DNA from: Vermamoeba vermiformis
Lineage: Eukaryota
NCBI GenBank assembly: GCA_045837725.1
Contig: JBEWZL010000260.1
Location: 248,001-312,000 of the forward strand
Length of the DNA stretch: 64,000 nucleotides
Direction: 5' to 3'
The position numbers and the translations under genes are program-made. The notes below the pieces were generated by a model. The model was given only the letters and a program-made list of their open reading frames with translations. It ran no database searches and was not told where the DNA came from. Shown piece after piece: positions 55,001 to 64,000 of the stretch; the stretch's first letter is position 1; each line of letters begins with the position of its first letter.

Positions 55001-56178
55001 CTGCCGTTGTCAACTTGACTATCTTGGACTGCCAAGCTGGTGCTCAGACTTACGTCCTCGACGGTCAATTCAGATGCCTTCAAGTCTACGATGTTGACGA
55101 GTCACTCAAGATTGCCATCTACCTCATCACCTCGGTCCTCATACTTCTTGCCGTTGCCCTGCTTGTCTTTTTGATCGTTAAGCGAAACCACTCTGCTATC
55201 CGCAAAGCCACTCCCGTCTTGTGCTGGATGATCGTTGTTGGTGCCATTTTCTGCTACATCTCAGCGTACATGTGGCTCGAAACTGAAGACCCTTACTGCG
55301 TGCTTCGTATTTTCTTGTTCACGATTGGCTTCACGCTCATGTACAGCTCGTTCTTGGTCAAGGAATGGCGCTTGTACCGCCTCTTCAAGTTCGATAGTTT
55401 GCGCATTACGAAGATCACGGACATTTCCCTCATTCGTGTGGTCGCTGCCTGTGTCTCGTTTGAAGTCCTTATTGCCATCTTGTGGATGATTTTCTTCCCG
55501 TACTTGCAACGCGTTACGATTGATTTATCGTCACTGTCAGAATCAATCACTTATCAATGCGAAAGCGACACTGCTGGATTTTTCTGGGCAATGCTGGCAC
55601 TTAACGGCGTCATCTTGTTCTTGGGCTGTTTGCTAGCCATTGCTACTCGTAATATTCCTGCGAACTACAACGAAAGCAAGCACTTGGGTTTCTCGGTAAG
55701 TACTTACCTCTACGAGCATAACCCCGACGGATCAAGAACTTACTTTTTTCGTTGCAGATCTACAATGCAACTTTGACCATGGGCGTTGTAGTGCCTGTTG
55801 CTTGGGTATTGCAAAACCCCAATGAAAAGTCGATCACTGTCACTGCTGGCATTTTATTCTCTACATCTGCCTCGCTGATCGTCTTGTTCGGTCCTAAACT
55901 CAATTTGTCGCTACACAAAGGAGCCATCATCAAAGCTCTTGATGAAAATATAGGTAAGGAGCCACATTTAATATTTTTTGCGACATTCCAGTGCTAAGTT
56001 TCGCCGTTTAGAAAAACTTGAGCGAGATCTGGGTTGGTTCAAGAAACAACGAGCAGAATTTAATGGCTCATCGAGGTCCTCTGATCGCAGCGTTAGGATG
56101 ACAACAACTAATATATTAACTGAGACTAACGTTAACACTCCCAACCCAACGAGCCACAAAGATAGCTCAGAGATGTAA
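52010..56178 (+). CDS. Family C (7tm_3) GPCR with a parallel beta-helix (GGA-I/FxxN repeat) ectodomain
   Basis: Signal peptide MRKTIASFVVVFLFAIVNVH; YVATNGQDS..C...SPCKSLSYA; many FxxNxA..GGAI repeats; 7TM with IRKATP, FLVKEWRLYRLF, TRNIPANYNESK and LFGPK. Confidence 0.88.
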
Positions 56179-56357
56179 AATAAAAGATTTGTAATTAGAA
56201 TTCAATAATAAATGTAAATTCATAATTGATATGGTGCCTCTTTCATTTTGGACGTTTCTTCGCCACCTACACGACATTTGTCGGTGGGCGGGGAGATCCG
56301 GGCCCGCGCTGACCGTTCGAAAACCTATTTTTACTTTCAATTAAACACAACACCACC

Positions 56358-59201
56358 ATGGCGAAGAATTTATCTGCTATGTACAATCAGATAGTGAATG
56401 CTATCATCAGACCTCCAAGGTATGCCTCGCTTTGCCTTTCGTTGAAATTTTGTTAGGTGAATCTGATTCGCAAAGACTGGATCTAATTTAATTTGTGCAG
56501 GGCTGAATATGAAGCTGATGAGCTCGGAGATTCTGAATTTACTATAAATGGGATTAAATATCGTCGCGATGATTTTCAGGTAGGAAATTTAAAATAATAA
56601 AAAAATTCTATTCAATACGAATTAATAGCAATAGAATAGAATAGAACGCTTGTAAATAATTTAATTGTATTTTTGCATAATAATTAATTACTAGCAAATT
56701 GTCGGTAATTATGTTGAAATTAATTTTTTTTAATTAGATCAAGAACAGTCGCAACTTGAACTTGGAATGCAGTCATTTTGCTCCTGTAGTTAGACCTCAA
56801 AAACTGCCATGCGTTATTTATTTACACGGTAATTATACAGGAAATTTAAAACGACATCCACAATCAAAACTTGATTTTAATCCCAATCGAGTATAAATGC
56901 CATTTAATTAAATATTAATAACATTAGCGTCACGTCCATATCAATAATCAATCGGTACAATAACTCAAATATTGATTTTTAATCGAATTTTCAGGCAATT
57001 GCGGATGCCGTCTTGATGCTATGGAAGCTGTTCGCACCTTATTGCCACTAAATATAACAGGTAAATTTTTATAACATATTTTCAAATGCAGATCACGTTA
57101 AATACACCTCCATTCAATTTCACAATTTTCGAGCACATCCATGCCTCCCAGCTCCTCTTTACCAATTATTAAGATACACTCGTGCAATCTCGTTATTGCA
57201 TGCATATTAATTAAACCGTATATTGAATTGGAGTAATCAATCAATAATTAATCGTTTTGGATGCAGCAACTTTTCAACCGTTACACGAGGATACTAATCC
57301 ACTATTTATTAGTACTATGCTTCGACTTTAGTGGCTCAGGTCTGTCACAAGGAGAGTACGTCAGTCTCGGGCACTTTGAGAAGCAAGACTTGATCTCAGT
57401 TGTAAACCATCTGCGTGCATCCAACTCAGTGACGCGGATCGGTCTGTGGGGTCGAAGTATGGGAGCAGTAACATCTATATTATACGCTGCTACTGACCCT
57501 TCGATGGCTTGTGTCGTATTGGACTCGCCTTTTTCAAATCTGCGAACCCTCGCTTTTGAATTGTTAGGGAAAATGGAGGTAAGCCAAAAAAATCAATTAA
57601 TTAATCGAATCTATTTATATAAATCACTTCCCTAATCAATATCGTAAATTAATATCCAAGTTCCATTATTTCCAATTATGGCTATCGGTCACGAGATCCG
57701 GATGCACAGACTAATTAATTATTTATTTTAATAGACTAAAATTCCAAAGACCATTGCTAAAGTAGCGTTCAAATTTATCGAGAAGAGCGTTGAAAAGAGA
57801 GCTAAATTCGATATTGGGTAAGTCACTGATCCAGATCTATCTCAAACCAAATCTCGACAATCTCGCTAACAATACTGTTTTTCCTATTATAGAAAGTTAG
57901 ACCCTATTAAAGACGTCGAATTGTGCTTCAATCCCTCGTTATTTGCTCATGCTGAAGGCGATGATTTTATTGACATTTCGCACAGTAGGAAATTGTACGT
58001 ACGATTTTATTTAACTATTAATAGGCTTACTATTGAATAATAGATACTAATAAGTCTTATTATCATAGGTATGATAAATATCCTGGTGATAAGAATATTA
58101 TTGCTTTTGAAGGTGATCACAATAGCGAACGTCCCGAGTAAGTCACAGACAGATTCTAATTATAAAATATTTTATCAATTTTATTTATTTTAACTGATTT
58201 ATTTTCATGAATTAGGTTCTTCTACGATTCACTGACAATTTTCTTCAAAAATCACTTGTTGATTGAAAGCGACTTTGGAGGTAAGTCTGATCGATAAGAA
58301 TTATTTCCTAATATAGTAAATAACGCCATTTGGCTCTATTCCCAGACGACAATCCTTTGCCCAATGACATGGATCGTAAAAAGTTCTTGGAGCCCACGCC
58401 AGAAGTGCAAGACAACTTCACTCGCGCATTCAGAAATTTGAAAATGAGCGACTCAATGTCAATGCCGCACTCAGTTCAGAGTACGTAGTACTAGGATATA
58501 TATTACTTTAAGGTTACTAATTGACACGTGTCAAACTCTAGTCAACGACATGTTGTTCGGAAATAACTTTGGCGGTGGCGGAGATTTTGACGACGATTTC
58601 AATTTCGACGGCAAAGGGGCATTGCCTGATGAAGACGAAGAGCTAAGACAAGCCATCATGTTGTCGATGCAGTAAGTCTCTTATGTAACAATTCACTGAA
58701 ACATCCGTTCATGAAAATCAAACCCAAGATCTCGATTTTAAAAAGTCTTAATTCGTATTCTAATTTATTATTAGGAGCACTAATGTGGAATTTTTGAACC
58801 GTGAAGGAGGTCTATTCGCAGGAGGTCAATCTACGGCCCAAAATGATGAAGAGATGGATTGGGCTGAAGAAATTCGTCGCATTGAAGAAGCGACTAAAAG
58901 AGAAGAAGAAAAACAAAAGCAATTGCAAGCTGAAAAGACTGGGGAGGGGGCTAAAAACAGCGGCAGTGACAGTCCCAAAGACAAGGCAACTTCGAACAAA
59001 GAGCCGTCGAGCATCAATAGTGCCGTAGATAATAGCAGCAGTTCGATGAGCGGAAAAATTGTGTCGCCTAGACGAAAAGAAAGCAAAGATAAATCAAAGG
59101 ACAAAAAAGAAAAAGAAAAGAAATCAAAGGACAAGTCTTCGTCCAAGGACAAAGCCAAAGATAAGACGAAGGACAAGAAAGAGAAAAAAGACAAAAAATA
59201 A
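56358..59201 (+). CDS. Alpha/beta hydrolase (YqkD-like) with UIM-like motif and Lys-rich tail
   Basis: NAIIRPPRAEY, CVIYLHGNCGCR, FDFSGSGLSQGEYVSLG, GLWGRSMGA, VLDSPF, FEGDHNSERP; DEDEELRQAIMLSMQ. Confidence 0.88.
58521..58534. repeat. Dispersed palindrome TTGACACGTGTCAA (intronic)
   Basis: Exact 14-mer between a branch-point-like ACTAAT and the AG acceptor. Confidence 0.9.
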
Positions 59202-59352
59202 TTCTCAGAATTACAGTGCATGTTTTATTTCAGCATGAATTGCTCTTAGTCGGCAATCTATCACATGTACAATTTGTATCATAAAATTTAACTTCGAACT
59301 GGCTTTTGCATTGATGCCACGTGCTTGAAATTCAAACTGCTTCTTAATTGGT

Positions 59353-61852
59353 CTAATCATTTTTATTGTCACCTCTTTCATTGTTCTCGTTATCGTCTTC
59401 GTCAAAGTTATCCTCGTCTTCATCGCTGTCATCGTCATCTTCGCTATCACTTTCTTCATCCTCTTCATCAAGGTGCTCTTCCATATTCTCTTCCTCGTTA
59501 TGCTCTTCATCTTGCTTCGCTTCTTTGGGCCCGAACATACTTGGATCCGCAACAAAAGTTAGCAAATTCTCGCCAGCGCTGCGGAGTGCTGCCTCTCCTT
59601 CGGACAGTACTTCGTGTGTTGGGCCACTAGGATGCAAGAAGTCTAATTTGCTAATGAATCGTTCAGCCAAGCCTTGATCCCCGGAATCGTAGTGATCTTC
59701 CATGGGTATCACGTGATCAGGAGGTGACATGTCCGCCATTGGCACTTCATTAGGCGATACTCCTCGAACTTGTGCTGAATGCTCCGGATGCAAGCCTGCC
59801 CCTGAGACCGCTGCAGCACCGCCTTGAGCTCTTTTCATCGACTTGGGTGACATACCTAGCGCCAAAAAGTTAACGCTGCACAAGATTTGTTCAGAACAAA
59901 AAACGTACCCGTAATAGCACGATCAATTGAATTTGGCAAGCCACGGTGTCTGCCCAACAGCATGACTATAATGAGCACTAATTTGGATCCGTCGTGCCAT
60001 ACTCCGACGAAGGAGGCCGATGAGTTAGGGTACCCAAGCGAGAGTCCGACGTTGCCAAAACCAGAAATAATCTCGAACAGTACTTTGGATTGCGTGAAAT
60101 AGATGTCACTAATAAAGCGGTCATTTTCGATGAGACAGATCAAAAACAACGCAATAATCAGCCACGAGACATCACGCAGGACGATGTTCTTGACTTGATT
60201 CGTGAAATTGTTTGTTCGGCCGAGACTCTTCGTAATGTACACTGGCTTGTCGTTTGGATCTTCATCTGGGTCCAACTTTTCTTTGCGTCTGCTGATCGGA
60301 TCCGTCAACGATTGGGTTCGATTCATGCCACTTCGCCGAAGGACACCTCTGTTGGTATCTCTCGTACGGTTATTTCTTGAAAACTGTAGTTGCACGTGGT
60401 CGGCTGAATCTCCGAGACCTGACGGAGAGGTTAATTTTCCGTCAGCAGGCGATTGTAGGGTGCTGCCAAGAGGGCGGGTTGGAGTGACACGTGTCAATTG
60501 CGTCTTGGGTCTTCTGAGACGTGACGTTCTGATCGACAAAGTGACTGGATAGGCTGCTATATACATGGCTACTATCCACATGACACGAAGTGCTTCGGAC
60601 GAAAGACTCAGATCCACGCTGTTGAATCCGGCAGCTCTCGTTGAAAACGTTTGAAATATTCCGTTGACTATCTTCTCGATTTGATTTAATCCAGCTAACA
60701 TTGGTTTGTTGAATGCAATCAATTCAAATATTATGAGCTGCACTGAATTGAGCAGGACTAGTGTTATAAATAACCATCGTGTTTGGTACTTTGGAAATAA
60801 TAGCGTGTAGACTTGACGTGGATGCGTGAGCATGTAATGATAAATCTGGTTTGTCGGACATATTCTTCGGAGAACTATTACTATGATTCTGAAAGCTATG
60901 GGAAATGCTGTCAAGCCCGCCAAAATGTAGAACGATAAAATCAACAAAATTGCTGGGCTCGTTTCAAATCCCATTAAATTATCTGATAGCATTATAAGTC
61001 CTGCATTCCCAATAGCGCTTATTGTCACAAATCCAATAAACCAATAGGTGTTGACATTTCGCGCGGCCAAGACAGATCTTCCAAACTCCGAGGCCCAAAA
61101 GTATATAGCCAGAGATAAATAACATGTGACTACCAAGCCCAAGAGGTATAGTAATACTATTCGTATGACATATATGATGCTCATGTATTCTAATCTTGCA
61201 TCGCCTGTCAAAACTATCGATGGATGTGTCAACTTTTTGCCGTCTTTTTGTACGAATGCGCCGTTCCGTTTGATTTCGTCATGAAAATAGCGAATGCGGA
61301 ATAATAGCGGCAAAATACTATGAAATTAAAGGGTTAGAAAATAAGACTATTTTTAGATCGCGACATCTGAACTTTGCAAGATTTCTTTGTATCCGCAAAC
61401 TCTTATTATAAACTATCAATTATTGTGTATTATTATATGTCAGTCGTATTGTAGTGAGTTCGCACCTGTTCCATACAAATGAGCCGATCCAGATGTAGAT
61501 CACCATGAGAACTTGACCGCCAATCGATATCTGTGAGGGATCAATAGAACTTAAGCCAGAACAAGTCATGGAACTAGTCATAGTAAATAGACAATCGACA
61601 TAATCATAGCGTCCGCCTTCAATGCCATAAAATATGCCGGATCCAATGAATATCATGACCACGAAGTATGTGATGTGTATCCGCAAGAAATTTGCATATT
61701 TTCGCAATAGCCATCTAGCTTTTTCCTTAAATAAAATCCACACCGCCCTATTCAATAAAAATAAATCAGATCGAATTTCAAATCGAAAAATTTTTTCACT
61801 TTCACGAGTAGTAAATTATCCAATGAAATATTGTGCTAAACGCTCGGTACAT
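59353..61852 (-). CDS. Trk/HKT-family potassium transporter with acidic C-terminal tail
   Basis: Four MPM pore motifs, MTCSGL, IGNAGL, TRAAGF and FGNVGLSLGY, all with the filter Gly; C-terminal MLLGRHRGLPNSIDRA. Confidence 0.92.
60485..60496. repeat. Dispersed palindrome TGACACGTGTCA (coding, Trk cytoplasmic loop)
   Basis: Exact 12-mer within the QLTRVT codons. Confidence 0.9.
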
Positions 61853-62397
61853 ATATGAATATTATCGCAATGAGATATCAATTTTCTAAAGAGCACACCA
61901 AAAATATTTTATTTTCTTACTTGCTGGCCGGTAGATCGTCCAGATTTACTTTCCTCGCCATTTCATTACGGTAGGGTATTATGTTTCGTATGTATTAAAT
62001 ACGAAGCAACACGACGCCAGACCTTGCGCGACCAAATCCAACGAAGATCCACCTAAATTTCGTTTATTTTCCTTGTTTATCGCTAGCTGCCATCGTGAAA
62101 TAAAAAATGCGCGTTATTCGTGACTTTAATGCCATTAAAATCGCCCCTGTGCTCATGTTTCAAAGGGAGAAAAAAAAATTGATGCTTCAGTTGCATCCGC
62201 TCAATTAACTCACAAACTAATGTTCCGGGGTTACACTTTCGCGTTTCGAAATCTATATACTGATTTTTTTATTATTTTACATTTTCATTTCGGGCTTTAC
62301 GTACAAAATTAATAAATATTGGTTCTTTTTAAAAGGTACCAATTTTCTTGTTGGACAAATGAATCAATATAGTTAATTAACTATAATTAGTTATCCT

Positions 62398-64000
62398 TCA
62401 CATAATGTCCATTTGACTATCATCACCGTGCATAGTATTAGTGTTGCTATAGTCAGCGGCACTAACACTTTCTTCATCGTACGAAATTTCTTCGCCGCCT
62501 TCTCCAGCAGCCAATTGCGCACTGAGAATAGTGAGCTCTTGATCTCGCTATAATACAAGCATATTAGCACAATTGTATTAAAAAAGTTTCTTGACCACAT
62601 CCGATCCATTACCTTTTGGACCTCTTCTACTACAGTAGCGTATACTTTTTCGACCATAGGGATCAAGTGAGGATTGCGCAGCTCGTTGTACTTGAAGCAG
62701 TTCATGCGGATCCACTCAAAGTCACCCAAGAACTCGTCTTTGTCCTTGTATTGCATATCACGGATCTTCTTGCGGATCTCGCCCATATCAATAGGATGTT
62801 GAACGATCTCGTAGTAATCAGGTGCTTCTTTAGCTGAAACAGGGTTTCGGAACGGATGCGACTAAACAAAGGTCGTTAGGACACGTCTAAACAAGAAATA
62901 CTAATGCCTATTGATGGCTCTAGATCTTACCTCTTCCAACGAATAAGCAGCGCGGAAACACTCTTCCAACAAGTTGGACAAATAGACCTCAGCGCTAGTA
63001 CCGCGTCTAAAGCACAGCATTCGTTAGTACACATGCGCAGTATTATGTTCAAAGTGCTGCAAAGGCGTACCTTGAGGACCGTTTGCGAGCACGACCTGCA
63101 TCTTCGCTGCCGCGTTGACGCTTGCGTGAGCCAGTGCCAGGGTGCTTGAACACTTCTTCGCTATTGGTGGACTTCTTGAGCTTCAGCTTGAGTCCATTAG
63201 CCTCTTCCAAGACGACTTCAGGCTTCTCGTCTTCACCGTCGCCGTCATCTTCATCGTCGTCTTCGAGCTCCGGTTCAATCTCCTCGTCATCATCTTCGTC
63301 CTCCTCTTCGGGCTCGTCAGGCTCGTTATCCTCGTCTTTCCTAATTAGGCAATAAGAGTTAGTACTCCAATCCCAATGGTCTCACTACACGTGTGTTGTT
63401 ACTTACGGTTTGCGGCCGCGTCTTCGTCTTCTGACCTTGACTTCTTTCTCGGGTCCTCCGCTGTCTTCTTCAGTCCACAACGGGCAGACACGATTAGTCT
63501 TCATGTGACCGACCATCCCGCAGCGACTGCAAATAAGCTGTTGCTAGTGTTAGTATCAATTCGTCAAGGAGCAATGACTCTATGACTTACCGCTGGATTG
63601 TAGTTCGGGTGGTTCGTCAAACCTCCATCCAAAATTCCTTTCTCAAAGCGCTCCTTCAAGATCTTTTGGTTCTGCAGGTTTTTCTTTTGACGGCGCAATT
63701 TCTCTTGCAAACGTCGCTTTTCACGACGCAGCAAAATTCTGCGCTGTTCTTCCTCTTCGGACAATTGCAGGCGGAATCTTTTTGCACCACGCTGACGACG
63801 AGCCCGTTGCTTGAGTTGATTTATCAACTCGGGATCTCGAATGATTTCCACGTGCTGACTGAACGAGCCATCTGGATTACGGGTCTATAATAACATATCA
63901 ATTAGACTATCATTATGCTTTTAAAAGCAGGGAGGATCACAAATGCAGCAGCGTTCGATTAAAAGGATGTACAATTGTTACGAAAATTCTTTGCTTCCAG
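62398..64000 (-). CDS. TAF1: TFIID subunit 1-like, C-terminal part (zinc knuckle + bromodomain); continues beyond the window
   Basis: EIIRDP..I, RREKRRLQEKLRR, zinc knuckle CSRCGMVGHMKTNRVCP, bromodomain HPFRNPVSAKEAPDYYEIVQHPIDMGEI...NCFKYN. Confidence 0.85.

Noticed and set aside
58826-59677. Ser/Leu/Phe-rich ORFs antisense to the hydrolase and Trk tails
   Set aside because: Shadow frames of Lys/Asp/Glu-rich low-complexity coding sequence.
59856-61755. Na+-selective HKT1-type Ser substitution in the Trk filter
   Set aside because: All four pore loops retain Gly, consistent with an ordinary K+ transporter.
1-64000. CRISPR arrays, rRNA, tRNA, prokaryotic operons or defence systems, intact transposases or reverse transcriptases
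   Set aside because: None seen; the window consists of spliceosomal-intron-containing eukaryotic genes.

Overview
Gene-dense, intron-rich nuclear DNA of a protist with AT-rich GT-AG introns of about 40-200 nt. The gene content suggests an amoebozoan (Dictyostelium-GflB-like RasGEF C-terminus, family C GPCR, receptor tyrosine kinase); this is inference. I spliced about 22 genes by hand: SERAC1-like, RasGEF, four paralogous PA-domain 7TM proteins, a Crinkler-like NTPase/REase-fold gene, two partial copies of a secreted surface protein, a receptor Tyr kinase, an EF-hand tail-anchored protein, dienelactone hydrolase, an F-box protein, a zf-PARP/pseudo-UNG/FHA fusion, LSM5, C2-RasGAP, F-box-SNF2, a HAD phosphatase, an EGF pseudogene, an SDR, ankyrin-TBC, a beta-helix family C GPCR, an alpha/beta hydrolase, a Trk K+ transporter and the 3' end of TAF1. 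The most interesting signals are: (1) the zf-PARP + catalytically degenerate UNG + PNKP-type FHA fusion; (2) the expanded signal peptide-PA-7TM family; (3) a sharply CpG-depleted Crinkler-like gene with a mitochondrial-presequence-like N-terminus; (4) a 12-bp palindrome TGACACGTGTCA present six times, mostly in introns; (5) an EF-hand/R-SNARE-like protein; (6) an anomalous duplication junction at 15.8-16.6 kb. CDS coordinates span introns, and all domain calls come from motif recognition by eye, not database searches.
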